DNA of 62,017 nt. It comes from Ginglymostoma cirratum. Its lineage: Eukaryota. Position numbers and translations under genes: made by a program. The first letter of the stretch is position 1. Each line of letters opens with the position of its first letter. Location of the stretch: contig JAHRHZ010000069.1 in NCBI GenBank assembly GCA_024137785.1, positions 10,045,545 through 10,107,561 of the forward strand. Reading direction: 5' to 3'. The notes under the pieces were generated by a model that had not been told where the DNA came from, did not search any database, and was given only the letters and a program-made list of their open reading frames with translations. Positions 11,937 through 25,100 of this stretch are shown piece after piece.

Positions 11937-14831
11937 TGGCGGCAGCAGTCTGCAAACCCTTTACCAAGGACCCTAGCTGATGCTGAAAAAGGCAGGAAAG
12001 TGAAAGGCCACTAGTCTGGCATGGAACGCTTAAGAAAATGCCCACAGAAATAATCAAAGCTGTTAATTGTTACCAAAGTATCATGATGGCTGACTGGAAA
12101 TCAACAGAACAATGGAAAAAGCCTTCTCACATCCTGAGCCCCTGGAACACATGGAGGGCCTTAACATGCTGGGCAATGGATCAGTTGGCATCATCATTTT
12201 GACTGGATGTTCTCAGAAGCTCAACAAGGATCTGGCTGGGGTACTGTTGGATGCAAACGGTAGCAGCTCAGATGCCAGTATGATTAGGCAGCACATTGAA
12301 GAAGAAGCTGCTAAATGTGACTAAGTCTTAAAGCCTGTTTTCATTTACTTATTTTATTTATTGAAATTCTATAATAAACCAAGTAAAGATCATACAACAC
12401 AACAAAAGGTTAGTGGTGACTTTTGATTCCTTTATTAACAAGCTGTAGAGCCTTGCTGAGTATTTTCAATATATAAATTGAGAGATGAGCTTATAAGAGA
12501 CCACCGTGCAGTAGGAATACTAGAGGAAGCTTTATTGAAATGCTTGCAGTCTAAAGAAGATCTTACATTAGAATGGTTCGCCAAACAGGCTACACTGTAT
12601 AAGCAAGTTTTTGATCCAACGGCACAGGGAAAATCATTAATTCTGACTTTGTCCAGATCATCACTCACATGGTTGCTAATGTGACAGAAGAAAACAGAAC
12701 AAATGGAACTTGGCACAGTCACCACTTTATATTTCTTTATATTCACAGTGTGGTTGGAGATCACCTCATTGCTTCAAGACTGTCAAGTTATTTGTGCTGA
12801 GTGCCATACATGCCATAAAGGGGCCATTTTTGGACCTGTCTCCAGGAGAAAATTTTAAAACCAGGCAATTTTATTGTACAACTGCCCAAGAAGTAGGTGA
12901 TCCTGAAGAACAAGATGATTTATCCTCACAGGAAGTGATAGACCCACAAAAGAATTCTAGCTTGCAGATATTATTGTTAAAGCAGTATTGTGAATTTGAA
13001 ACTGGGCCAAGGTGCAGGAGTGTCCATTCTTTCTGAAACCAGATTGTGGCTGAAGCCTAAATTTCTCCAAGCATTTTCCATTCAACTCACTGAGGAAGTA
13101 AGGGCGGGTGTGTACTGCATTTTGACTTGCTAGTTGAGAGATTACCCATAGTTTGTGTGTCATCCATAATCAGCATTGTTCTTTATTAAGCAAAGACGCG
13201 TGTGTGGCTTTAAATCTTCTTTAGTCACCAGCTGCAAAAGAAATTACTTGTGACATAATACGCTATGATCATGATACCTTCCATAGGACCATAGGAGGAT
13301 ATCATAGATCATTAGTTTTTTTGTGGAGAGGTGGATGAAGCAGGAGAGAGATGCACTAAGGATGAAGCCTTGAGATGAAAGCAGAAGAGAATGAAGATTC
13401 CAATTCTGTTGATGATCTATTCATGGAGGACAATCTGAAACTTGCTTTAATCTATGAAGCCAGAATAAATGATGTCCATGACAGCTCTGGTACCTCTGTT
13501 GTATAGGACCAGTTTATTACATGAGGAAGGCTACTTAAGGAATCTGAGGTTCTGAAAAAGAAGCTCACAGAAGCACACTCGGCTGTAAAAAACTCTTTGT
13601 GGAAGAGGGCTACATAAATACAGAAAGCACTTGAGCCACAGACAACAGTTTCAGTGTGGAAATGCAGCAGGAGAAACAACTGAAACAGAATGGCAGGAAT
13701 TAAAGAAAATATTAAATAGATTGCAATATTATCAAACAAATGAAGATTTGACAGTAGATTGCAGTATGCAGAGTATAGAATTACACAATGCCACGTTGTG
13801 GTGTGAGTCGACCGGAAAATATAATGACATTCCATACCACTTGTTCTCAAACAAAATGGGTAGGTTTTCAGGTCAGAAGCAAGAAGTTGAAGTGGAAGCA
13901 AAAGGCTTTCTGGTGAAATTCAGCATCCTGTTTCACAGCAGGATTGCCTGTATTGTGTCCAAGGATAGCCTGGCTTCAGAGAAGATGATAGTCAAACAGC
14001 ACTATCAAACCATAGAGAGGGATTCATGCATTAGAAATAGGGCAAAAGAATAAAATGAACATACTGCAGTAGAAGATCACTAAAACATGATATCGTATTT
14101 CAAGAGATTATAAGAGCATCAGTGAAACAGGTTGGCCACAGAGTAAGTGACTGAAGAAGTACCAAAACTGGACGTCATTCTGATCATCAGTGTGTCCTTT
14201 TGAAAGAAACATCTGATGTTAATTTTGAACTTTCAATCAAATCAGTGACTCAGAATACATATTGCCTACTCATCCTAATCCTGATGTACATGTCCAGAGC
14301 AATCTAGTTTCCTTGGATCTGCAAGTATATTCAATTGGTGATGATGGTTAATTCCTAGTTTCTGCTGGATTTCCAAGGTGTAATTATCTGCAAAAGAATA
14401 ATCTCAAGCTGAAGAGAGTGTGGAAGTACTGACACTACTTACCAGAGGAGAAATTCTTGCCCTAGGAATAGGAAGATAAACATCCTTAGAATGGTCTTTG
14501 GGGTAGTCTTCATTTCTCTTGCTGTGTGCCTGATTTCTTGCTGGATGAGGATCTGAATGGTTCTTCTGTGATTACTGCAGTTGTGGAAGATACAGCTGTG
14601 AAGCTCTTAACTGGAGCTGAAAGTGCTTCAGCTTCACAAGCCATTACTTTATCCTTTACCTGTTGCGCAATGCTTTTGCTTTCAAGTCATCGACAGTGTT
14701 ACAACCTTGGTGCCCAATATGTTTGTGTTCCAGGGGGAAAATAATGAAGCATACATGTCTCTGACTACCTCAACAACGCTGGAGATTGATACCTTCAACA
14801 GAAGTAACCTTGGATGGGGAGGGAGGCGGGA

Positions 14832-15051
14832 GTAAGATGAAAATGGCTCCCATGATTTCTGTTGACTTCACATCAGATGAAACAAGGACCTGAGGGAAAG
14901 AAAGGTTCTTAAGGAGTCCTGCTGAACCATGTCACTGTAAATAGTGTAAATAGTTAATAAATTTAATTAAATAAATCATTAGATCGCTTTAGTATGGTTC
15001 CCAGGCCTCACTTGTCAAAAACATTCAGAACTTGGTTGTGATATTCATTCA
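14832..15051 (+). repeat. 3' LTR of the Gypsy element
   Basis: Follows the purine tract ggatggggagggaggcggga and is a diverged direct repeat of 11750-11936. Confidence 0.75.
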
Positions 15052-15479
15052 GCCTCAACCAAATTTTAATGTGGGATGGCCCCGCCTGAAGGCTTCTGCA
15101 GTATTTAGCAGCAAAATCATTCTCTATCTCTTTAGATATTTTACAGGCAAAAGGACAGATAATCTTGAATGAGAATGTAATCTATTGGAGTTGCTTTCCT
15201 GAATATTATTTTAAATGCAGACAGGGCATCAAACAAAACCTTGTCCCCAAACTCTGTACAATACTATTGAACATTCCCACAAGGCCTATGGAAGTATAAC
15301 TTTTAAATGTTGAATACATAATTGAATATGTGGAAAGGTCATGCCAAATGATAAGTAAATTTCATTGCATTTTAAAAATTCATCAATGGGATGTGATGTC
15401 TCTGGCAGCATTTGTTGCAGAAAACGTTTATTAGTTGTGGTCTTGGATATGTAAAATGTTCACTAGGATGTTAGAAAAA

Positions 15480-15875
15480 TGATATACATTTATATTTTGT
15501 CTTTCACAACTTCAGGAAATCAACTTCAAATCAGTTAAGTATTTCTGTAGCAGAGCTATTGTTGTGATAGAGGAGTTACAGCGATACGCTATATACAGCA
15601 AGGTCTCACAAATGCCATGATGGTAAGAACTAGACATTTCTGAAAATTGCTGAGGTCATCAGAGAACTGGCCTCTGCTTTGTAGTAGCGTAACAGGATAT
15701 TTCATAATCACCTGAGATGGCAGGTTTGGTCACATCTAAACGAAGGTGTCTGTCAAAATGCAGCAATCTCAGTTTTGCACTGCAGTGTCAGCCTTGATGC
15801 TGTACTCAAACATTTGGGGTGAGAGTTCACCCCACAATCTTCTACTGCAGAGGCAAGTTCACTTCCCACTGACAC
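15480..15875 (-). mobile_element. Old DeuSINE/SacSINE1-like SINE relic
   Basis: Shares the 3' tail (tttatat...ctttcacaacttcagga) and body words (cacctgaga, gcactgcagtgtcagcct) with copies at 24780, 41760, 42840 and 59910. Confidence 0.55.
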
Positions 15876-16559
15876 TTAAGACAAGAACTTAAAGAGTTAA
15901 ATTTGAATATTGATTGCCTAAACTTGTATTCCAATTATTTAAAAATATTACAAAGGTGTAACAATGAAGAGATTTGATCAGAAGGCGTCATGAAACAAAT
16001 TTCTGTGCTATGGAAATTGAGAACAAGTTTTATAATTTTAAAATTAGAGCTTAGTCATTTAGGAGTGAAATCAAGAAACATGATTTCCACTTTCCTTTGT
16101 GTGAAACTTAGAAATTCCCCAAAGAGGGATGAATGCTTACTGAATTGGAACATTGAAGACTCATCAATATTTCTTAGATAGAGCTATCATTGGATAAAGA
16201 GCAATGGCAAGTAAATGACTTTGAGGCACACATCTGCCATGATTTAATTAAATGATGGAACAAAATCAAGGAGTCGAATTGTTCATTCTTGTTCCTATGC
16301 CAGAACATCTCTGACAATGGATTTTCACAGTTTGCAGAAAATGGAGCTAATGAGGTGGAGATTAAAATTCCCTCTGGTACAAAACTAAAAGGCAAAAGGC
16401 AAACCCAGTAGCTAAAAAAGTGACGTCACAAAACTATCTGGAACACTTGTTCAATTAGTATTGTCCATTGATAACAAGCAAAATACTGTAGATGCTAGAA
16501 CATCAGGCGACATCTCTGGAGAGAATATTTCAGATCCATGATCTTACTTTGGCTGCAAC

Positions 16560-17612
16560 TACAGCAAAAAATTATTTGTGTACACTGCCTTCACTTATTA
16601 AAATGTGCCACAATTGGTCGCTCAAGCATTATGACATAAAATTTGACACCAAGCTACTTCAGTATTAGGGCAGATCACCAAAGCAAATCTAAAAAGTAAG
16701 GTTTTAGGAGTGATGTAAAGGAAAGAAGAGGGGGAGGGAGAAGAGAGGTTTGGGGGAGTGAATTTGAGTGCTTATACCCTAGGCAACTGAAGGTGTGGTC
16801 ACTAGTGGTGGCATGTGGAGCAATTTAAAAATGAGGTGTTAGCAGGAACCAAGGTCACAGGGATGATCCCTGGAATGATAGGCCTAATATACGATGAACG
16901 GCTGAGGATCCTGGGATTGTATTCATTAGAGTTTAGAAGGTTGAGGGGAGATCTAATAGAAACTTACAAGATAATGCATGGCTTAGAAAGGGTGGACGCT
17001 GGGAAGTTGTTTCCGTTAGGTGGGGATACTAGGACCCATGGGCACAGCCTTAGAATTAGAGGGGGTCAATTTAGAACGGAAATGAGGAGACATTTCTTCA
17101 GCCAGAGAGTGGTGGGCCTGTGGAATTCATTGCCACGGAGCGCAGTGGAGGCCGGGACGTTGAATGTCTTCAAGGCAGAGATTGATAAATTCTTGATCTC
17201 GCAAGGAATCAAGGGCTACGGGGAGAGTGCGGGTAAGTGGAGTTGAAATGCCCATCAGCCATGATTAAATGGCGAAGTGGACTCGATGGGCTGAATGGCC
17301 TTACTTCCACTCCTATGTCTTATGGTCTTATGGTCTTATGATCACAGCAAACACAACAGTGATGGATGAATGGGACATGGTACTGGCTGGGCATGGGCAT
17401 GAAGGATTTGGATTGACTTCTGTTTTTTTGGAGGGTAGAATTTGAAAATTTGGTCAGGAGTGCATTGAAACAATCATGATAAAAGATGGCAAAGACCACG
17501 GTGAGGATTTCAGCAGCAGAGATATTGAGGCAGGAGTGGAATTGCAGAGTCTCAGAGTAGAAATAAGGAGTCTTAGATGTAGAATGTTTTAGACAAGACA
17601 AAACTCCATCAG
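16560..17612 (-). mobile_element. L2-type LINE 3' relic, split by a young CR1 insertion
   Basis: ORF 17320-17622 (FHSCLNISAAEILTVVFAIFYHDCFNALL) resembles the L2 RT C-terminus. 3' region at 16590-16800 (aaaatttgacacc...gaggtttggggg...cctaggcaactgaagg). Confidence 0.65.
16855..17341 (+). mobile_element. Young 5'-truncated CR1 LINE
   Basis: Open ORF2 C-terminus (YDERLRILGLYSLEFRRLRGDLIETYKI...FFSQRVVGLWNSLP), CpGs retained, (ttatggtc)n tail. tcacag occurs at both ends (16855-16860, 17342-17347) and may be a TSD. Confidence 0.95.
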
Positions 17613-17616
17613 AACA

Positions 17617-18211
17617 TGTCAAGGAGATAGTTTAGACCAATTTTTTTTTATTTTAAGGGCAAGTGCCAGGCATTGCTTTTTGGATGCAATGTGATTGGTC
17701 AAACTACCATGCTTGAAGCAAAACATACTTTATTCGTATATTATAATTAAAATACGTACAAAATAAAAAATAAAAGAAAAGATTTGCTTGACTGTAACCC
17801 TATTTAACAAAATAATAAACTACTCATTAGCTGTTCCATTGTTGTAACATCCCATAAACACACCCTTGACAAAGGCAAATTCAGTAAAATAGGTAGTCTC
17901 ACATGCAATTGTAGTAGCTAGAAGAGAACCCCAGCTTTTTGTGGAAAAAGAGAGAGGAAAAAGAGCTTCCACATCCACCTTCAAGACCTCAACAATTGTT
18001 ATTGAAAGCTAAACTAAACTAAACTAAAAATCCTGGTTATGTCGGAGCCCACCCATTCAGACTGCTTCTATTGGTTCAACTTTTAAAAATACCCAAGGCC
18101 TCACAAGCTGCTTATTTTATTGGCTTTGAGCAGACAGCTCGACACTTCTGTCTCAACCTCTCTTCGTTAAATAAAGGACAGAATACACCTCTTAAAGCCA
18201 TAGCATCATCA
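17617..18211 (-). mobile_element. Probable solo LTR (595 bp)
   Basis: TG...CA termini flanked by gaaca/gaaga (5-bp TSD with one mismatch). AATAAA on the minus strand near 17730. No coding content. Confidence 0.6.
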
Positions 18212-18219
18212 GAAGATTC

Positions 18220-18460
18220 ATAAAATGTAGGAGTAGGAGTGGCCATTTGGCTCTATGAGCCTGCTCCATCATTCAATATGATTGTCGTTACTCATCCAAC
18301 TCAGTATTCTGTAGCTGCTTTCTCCCCGTACCTTTGATCCTTTAGCCCTAATATCTATATTTAACTCCTTTTTGAAAAAGTTTTGGCCTCAACCCCTTTC
18401 TGTGGCACAGAATTCCATAGGCTAATCACTCTCTGGGTGAAGACATTTCTCATCCCATCT
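18220..18460 (-). mobile_element. CR1 3' fragment
   Basis: gtaggagtaggagtggccatttggctctatgagcctgctccatcattcaatatgat...gaattccataggctaatcactctctgggtgaag. Confidence 0.8.
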
Positions 18461-19986
18461 CGTGTGTGCTATCATCCGTATCTTCTAAGTGTGTGGGTCC
18501 TTTAGGTGCTTACATGGTCTAATGTGTGTAAGGGTAGGTATCTTCTAGCAAAAAATGTCTTGTAGAGTTAACGTAATATAGAATATTTCATCTGTACAAC
18601 TATTTGCAGATAATAATAGGGTTCAGATGTTGAGATGTCCTAATCATAGGTCTGCCTCTCACGAGATCCTACTTGACTCTCCAACCAGGTCTCATGACAT
18701 CAACACTATGGGTGACACTATTTGCACCCAATCAAGTATTAAAGCTTTAAAACCGAAATGTATAAACAATAGCATAGCTATGTGCTCTTGACATTCACCC
18801 ATATGTCACATATAAGATTATAAACAGCCTTAGTAATTGTCAGACACAGGGATGGTGTCATGTGGCTAGGAAGCCATCTTTGCAATGGTGACTGTAAACA
18901 ATGATGTTGCTGAGATTTAATTTCAGAAAATTTCTGCTTGTTCAGTACTGAAGCCGGAAACATTTTTTTTCCTTTATAGATGTGTAATTTACTCAATGTG
19001 GAAATTTACTCAATATCTGACACCCTCACATAACTTTCAAGAATTGGTTGTCGGGAAGTAAATTGATCAAATGCGACGTAAAGGAGGAGAAGCATTTTTT
19101 TAACAGTGGAGGAAGCAGTGTATCTTTTATGTCTTAATAGGATTTGTTGTACACACATTGGCCTCTTTTTTGGTTGGCTGTATTATAATCACTGCAGCCC
19201 AACATGACATAACAACAGATTTTCAATCATTTATCTGAAACAAATATACCTGATATTGACAGGGTATTCCATTCCCCTCACACTGGGATATATGGCAGAA
19301 TTACGGATGTGGAACTAAGGGAGAAAAATAACCTTCCATCTTCCTGCAGGAATCAAAGATGTGCTGGGACTATATTGCAATTTAAAGCACACTTACAATC
19401 ATCTCAGATACAGTTTAGAGTGCAAATGAATCCCAATTGTTCAATTACTTTTGATGTTACTGAATAAAATTGTACTTCTGTTGCGCTGAAGTTATTATTA
19501 TCTGTGTTTATTGAGAATTCGAATCCTAACCGTCTATTGTTTCACCTATAAAAAACAATGAAATGCACCTCTCGGATTTATGAAGGCCTGTGCACCAAGT
19601 TACAAAAGGACCTAACCTCCATCTGTTTGCCAAAAAAATGTCTTCATTACACTAAGTATTCATTCACCTTCAGAAAGCTATCTTAGATTTCATTTTTTTT
19701 TTGGCGAAGTGAGTAGTCAGTTTCAGATCAGGCTTCCAATCTGAAGTCAGATGGAAAGTAAGGTGCCTCTGTAGGATCTTGGACTTTGTCTTCCTCTGCC
19801 CTTCTCCTACTCCCTCTAAGTTATGAATTTTTAAATAATTATTGAAAATGCAACTATTATTGAGCCTGTTTTTCATGTAGCTAGTTGCAGCTAGGTCATC
19901 ACGGAGCAATGCAGTTAATTTGAGTTTTATGCTCATTGTTCACAGCTTAGTACCTCTGTATTTTTGGACACTCTGTGATGATAAAA

Positions 19987-22650
19987 TGTAGCAATGAAGT
20001 CATTCACAGTTGAATAGTCTGTTAGTACTTTGTGCCAATGATAATAAATGTACCGAAGGAGTGGCAGCATAGATGTACTCCTGTGTGTCAAGAGAAGACA
20101 CACCCTCACAGGTTACATGTCTTATTATTATTTAACTCTGCATATTAGGTACCTGTTTAGTCTTTAACCTCTTCTATGTTAGAGGATGATGCAGTCAAGG
20201 AAGGTTGCATACTCAATTCCTGCTCTGAGTTGAGCCTTAACTTGGGCGCTATTAATGGAAGAGGGCTGCATTTGGCCTCACCATCACCAGAAGGAAAACT
20301 AGTAGTGTTCTGGTTTCTGACTGCTGTTGAGCAATGGTATAAGGACATGGGATGGAGATGGGCTCAGGTTTAATCATGTTACCACAGAAGTTGAATGCCT
20401 GGTGACATTTACCATTCTACACCAAAAGCAGAAAGCAGAAAGAATCACAGAGAAATCCTGAGTGGAGAGGGACAAACGTATTACAGGAAAGCAGCAGAAT
20501 CCATTTCAGTTGTAAGGCCTAAAAACCCTAACGACACATATGACAATCCAAGACAGAGATGCAACTGGATAGAAGGTACTAAACGTCAGTGCCAGTGCTC
20601 TGGAACAAGGAGGCTGTTCAGGCATAAGCATTAATAAAAAAAAAAATCCTATATCTAAAAAATCATAGATCACTTCCCGAAAATGCATATAAATTAAACA
20701 GTTACTGAGCAGCATAAAGTCAAACGCCTTCTCATACAAAGATGATAACATGGTAGAACCACTGGCATTAGAAAATATACCTGACATATTACGAAAGGAA
20801 CATTTGTGGCCAGCCAAATTGAGCAAAAATGACTTTAGAGTCATAGAGATATACAGCATGGAAACAGACCATTACGACCAACCTGTCCACGCCAACCAGA
20901 TCCTCAATAAATCTAGTCCTACTTACCAGCATTTGGCCAATGTCCTTTCCTATTTGTATACCCATCCAGATGCCTTTCAAATGTTGTAATTGTACCAGCC
21001 TCCACTACTTCCTCTGGCAGCTGAGTCCATACGTGCACCACCCTCTGCGTGAAAAAGTTACCCCTTAGGTCCCTTTTAAATCATTCCCCTCTCACCTTAA
21101 CCCTATGCCCTCTACAGGCAACGGAAGCTGCAGATGTTGGTGTTGCACTCTCCAAAGCATTAAATAATGAGACATTATCTCATGAAATGGATTTGGAGAA
21201 TTGTATTGCAAGCCAGCAAGCCTGAACAAGCTTAATCAAGGATGACAAGAACAAAAGATGAACCAAATATGTGCCACCATTTGCTGGTATTATTATGAAG
21301 GGTGGCCAGACCAAAGGCCTAGTGGATTAGCTATGAATACCTATTTCAAGCATCGACAGCGGTTCACAATTGTGGATAGCTTACTGGTATTTGATGAAAG
21401 GCAGGTCATTCCAGGTTTACTGCGGACAACATAGTAGACAAAATTCATGGACATTTAGGAATTGTCACAACTGGAGCTAGGGCTTAGACATCAGTGCACT
21501 GGCTAGACATCTCAAAGGAGATGGGAGTCCTCACAGCTGATGGTGAAACTTACGCTTTTCACAGGCCTGAAGAGCAAGGGTTACTCATACACTTTCCCCA
21601 CCAGACCATGGGAATGTGTAAGAATAGAGCTATATATATTTGACAGATTGTCTTATCTTATTGAAATTGTCTAGTATTCACAGAGGATAGAGGTGAGAAA
21701 ATTATTTACCACCACCACAGATGCAGTTGTCAGAGTCTGACAAGAAATATTTGCACTACTTTGGATCCTCAGTGTGGTCACATCAGATTAACCACAGTTT
21801 GCTAAAAAGTCTTTCAGCCAATTTGAAGCCAGCTTTGAATTTGAACTTGTAACAAACTTACCAAGGTACGCACAGTCAAATGGGGAAGACAAGTATGGCT
21901 TCCAGACAGTAAAGGCTTTTGAAGAAAAATGCTGACTTTCTTACAGCATTGATAAATTACTGGTCTAACCCAGTCCCATGTGGATTATCACCATCAGAAT
22001 TGTTGATGGGCAGAGAATTGAAGAATTAACTCCTTATCCTGACACAAAGGTTGACTCCAAAGTTATGTTTGTGGGATAATGATGATATTTGTAAGAAGAG
22101 ATCGCTTTATCGGTAGCAGCAAACTGCCCACCATTATAAATATGCACGATGGTTGGGTCACTTGGCCAAAGGCAATTCATGTGGATATGAAACCTTAACA
22201 GGAAAGCTAAAGTTGTTCAAGAGGCAACAGGCTAGCAGTGATTGTATATTGTTCATACAATTGAAAGAGTTGTACAAAGGAACCACAGGGACCTCTGCAG
22301 AATAATTGTCCACAAATTATTCACTGGGACCGGAAGGAATGTCATTATGACAACAGTTTACACACCTTAAAGGGTCAAGAATGGAATCAAGGTTAGCTAT
22401 CCTCAAGGCAAAGATTTATGTGTTTTCTAAGACTGAAGAGAATGCATTCTGGAGGAACTGCAAAACTTCCAGAATGTCTGAATTTCAAAAGTCAGAGACT
22501 TGGTCATGGATGTGGTAGTGGTAAAAATAATTATACACATGAATGTATACATGTTAACTGTGGAAAAATAGAACTTGGGGAAACTATTTGGCAGAAAGTG
22601 ATGGCGCCTGATAATATCACTGGACAAGTAATCCGGAACCCCTGGCTAAT
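19987..22650 (+). mobile_element. Second decayed Ty3/Gypsy element (gag C-terminus, integrase, pol end)
   Basis: Gag-like AESRKNHREILSGEG (ORF 20395). YYEGWPDQ...LLVFDERQVIP and GHLGIV (integrase Zn-binding region, ~21290-21500). PRPWE and PRYAQSNGE (rve core, ~21600-21890). Pol-terminal MHSGGTAKLPECLNF (~22440-22490) resembles the TRSGRxVKPPxRL motif. Outer boundaries uncertain. Confidence 0.8.
20836..21114 (-). mobile_element. CR1/HER1 3' fragment inserted into the Gypsy element
   Basis: tagagtcatagagatatacagcatggaaacagacc tail; reverse-complement homologue of 9710-10140. Confidence 0.9.
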
Positions 22651-22949
22651 GTTCGAGGGGAACAAAAGCAGAAATTGCTGGAGAAATTCAGCAGATGTGG
22701 CACCATCTATGAGAAGAAAGCAGAGTTAAAGTTTTGAGTCTCATGACTCTCCATAATGGTCTGGAGCGTGGGCTTGAATCCCATGATATCAGATTGCGAT
22801 TTTTTTATTTTAAAAAAAATCTGAACTACCAAAAAAAAAACCAAATGGTGACCAAGAAATTGTATTATTTTAAAAAACCACTCTGATTGACTGATGTCCT
22901 TTAGGGAAGGAAATCTGCTGCCTCTATCTGAAGAAGTCATAAAGCGCAT

Positions 22950-24050
22950 TAAATATAAAAATGTTGCATTTTGTATTTCAGAATAGGTCAGCAAATACAA
23001 AAGTGATTGGCAATAGGAATTTGGTGTGTAACAGGACAGGTCAGCAATGTATTATGGAAGGCAAGCAATAAGCGTTATAATGAGTCTGGAGATAAAAGCA
23101 TGGGCAAGTATTTCAACAGCAGATGGACTATGGTCAGGGCAAAGGAATGCTACATTGCTGAAGTTAGGCAGTTATGATGCCTGAGAAATTACGACAATGT
23201 AGAAATGCAAATTAGAGTCACTAACAGTGCGAGCACTCTGAAGACAGGGAAGGGATTGACAAGGGAACCAAATTTATGTTGGGACAAAAAAAATGACTTC
23301 AGTCTTCCCAATGCTGCTTACGAGGAAACTACAGGATTGTACGATGCAGAAACAACCCAACAAGGGTCTAGGCCCAAAACGTCAGCCTTTCTGCTCCTCT
23401 GATGCTGCTTGGTCTGCTGTGTTCATCCAGCTCCACACCTTGTTAATACAGAAGCAGTAGATGGGTTGAGACAAGTTGTGAAATAATCGAACAAAGTTCC
23501 AATGGAAGCTGATCCGAGTGTTTGAGGATGATATCACAGGGTGTTGCAGGAAACACTATTTAGAAAGCAAATGGCCTGCTCAGAGATTCTGAATAATGAG
23601 TGATAGTTGGCTGGGACAGAAAGTCATAGTGTTTTCTTTTAAGGAAGGAATGATGATGGGCAGTTTGAAATGAATGGTAGTGGACCCTGAGATGCAGGAA
23701 CCATTTATGATGTCAGGTAATTTCAGGATGAAGGTGAAAATTTATGTTGTCAGCAGCTTATGGGAATGGAATCAGCAGCTCAGAATCTCAATCTGATGGA
23801 TGAGACCAGAGAAGGGATGATAGGAGATGGGAGAAAAGCTGAAGGAGGGATTTCAGGGATAGAGTGGAAGGCTTGTGCTGAGTTTTTTTTATTATGAAAA
23901 CAAAGAAAGCCAGTGGGGTTTGTGGATTTGGAGGTACAGAAGCTAGCATCTTGGTGTCTATTTTGGTAATAAAGAACTATTCATATTCTTATTAGGGGTG
24001 ATGGTGGATGGGTTTAAGGGTGCAGATACCAGTGAGGAAAAACAAAATTC
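22950..24050 (-). mobile_element. L2-type LINE relic
   Basis: gagtctggagataaaagcatgggcaagtatttcaacagcagatg is homologous to 17480-17535. The downstream sequence is purine-rich RT-antisense. Confidence 0.45.
23362..23446 (+). mobile_element. Penelope-type short element, 5'-truncated within the hammerhead
   Basis: aagggtctaggcccaaaacgtcagcctttctgctcctctgatgctgcttggtctgctgtgttcatccagctccacaccttgtta is a reverse-complement homologue of 9995-10077. It lacks CUGANGA and has GAAA mutated to AAAA. Confidence 0.8.
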
Positions 24051-24779
24051 CAGTCTTACAGCTGAAGAATGACCCTCCAGAAAATTGGATTTCATTATTA
24101 GTTTATATGCTAATGTGACTGCATGCTTTATAACATAAATGTGTGCACATATGTAAAGGCTGTCACACGGAAGTGTGAAGAGTGCTGTTAGCCGGATGCC
24201 TGTTTTAACAGGTGCAAGGCTGTGTCAGTTTCTTTGTAGAGTTCTATAATTAAAGCAGAGCTCAAACAGAACCATGCTCTAATGTCTCTCCATCTCACTA
24301 CCAGAACAAGTTCACAGCCAGGAGTTAACTGGAGTAAGTCCAAAGAAATAAAAAAGAAACACAGAAATAGAATATATTTTAATCCCTAAGCTCTAGTCAT
24401 TTGTGAAACACTTGCAACCTGTTCACTCCTGTAGTATTGCACAATCCAATTTCTGAAGATATTATTAAAGGAGCCCTCACTCTATCATTATAATGTTTGA
24501 ATAAAACATTTCTAGTTATATCAGGGTTCCAATGATTATGATGTAATTCACGTTCAAATATATTAGCATTTGTGTGACTGGTGCATAATGTCTTCCTCAT
24601 ATAAATGACACACAAATGTTTGTTGCTTTTCCTTTCTGAAAAAATACATAATGTTAGCTTAAAAGAAGCATTGAGCTGACTCTATTCTATATTATCTTCT
24701 GAGATATTTTGCTGTTATCAAGATGCCATAGAATGAAATGCTTTCTAATTTGTCCTCCTTTGGCCCTACTCCTGATCCT

Positions 24780-25100
24780 TGAGCACACAAGCCCAGCTAA
24801 CACCTCAGTACAATGCTGAGAGTGCTAGCATTTGAATGAGATACTAATCCAAGTCTTGAGTATCCTCCCAGATGGACATGAGATTCCCATGGCACTACTA
24901 AGAAGACAGTTATCCCTCAACCAATAATTCGTACACAGATTGCCTCACCATTAACTCAGTGTTATTTGTGGAACCCTGCTATGCATAATTAATCATGACA
25001 ACAATAAACACATTTTAGTCGTACTTAAATGATTGTGAAGTATTTTGAGATACTCTGGAGTCATGAGAAGTGATATGTACGTAATGTAAGCAAGTTTATT
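24780..25100 (+). mobile_element. DeuSINE/SacSINE1-like relic, followed by an L2-like 3' tail (to ~25175)
   Basis: tgaatgagatactaatccaag...gattcccatggcactact...ttatccctcaaccaa...tttgtggaaccctgctatgc, then aaaggtgctatataaatacaa. Confidence 0.6.

Larger units (their letters stand above)
11750..15051 (+). mobile_element. Decayed Ty3/Gypsy LTR retrotransposon with both LTRs (gag, protease, RT/RNase H relics; no integrase seen)
   Basis: 5' LTR ~11750-11936 is followed by a PBS-like tggcggcagc. Gag relic RDELIRDHRAVGILEEALLKCLQSKEDLTLE (12478-12580). Protease-like VIHNQHCSLLSKDACVALNLL (~13155-13220). RNase H end LGAQYVCVPG (~14705-14740). Polypurine tract 14812-14831. 3' LTR ~14832-15051. Confidence 0.85.

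Noticed and set aside
13631-14053. 140-aa ORF as a host gene
   Set aside because: It lies within the decayed Gypsy pol region between the two LTRs.
20153-20436. Minus-strand exon with a good acceptor and CAG|GTACCT donor
   Set aside because: It is antisense to the Gypsy gag relic and the frames checked contain stops, so it is probably fortuitous.
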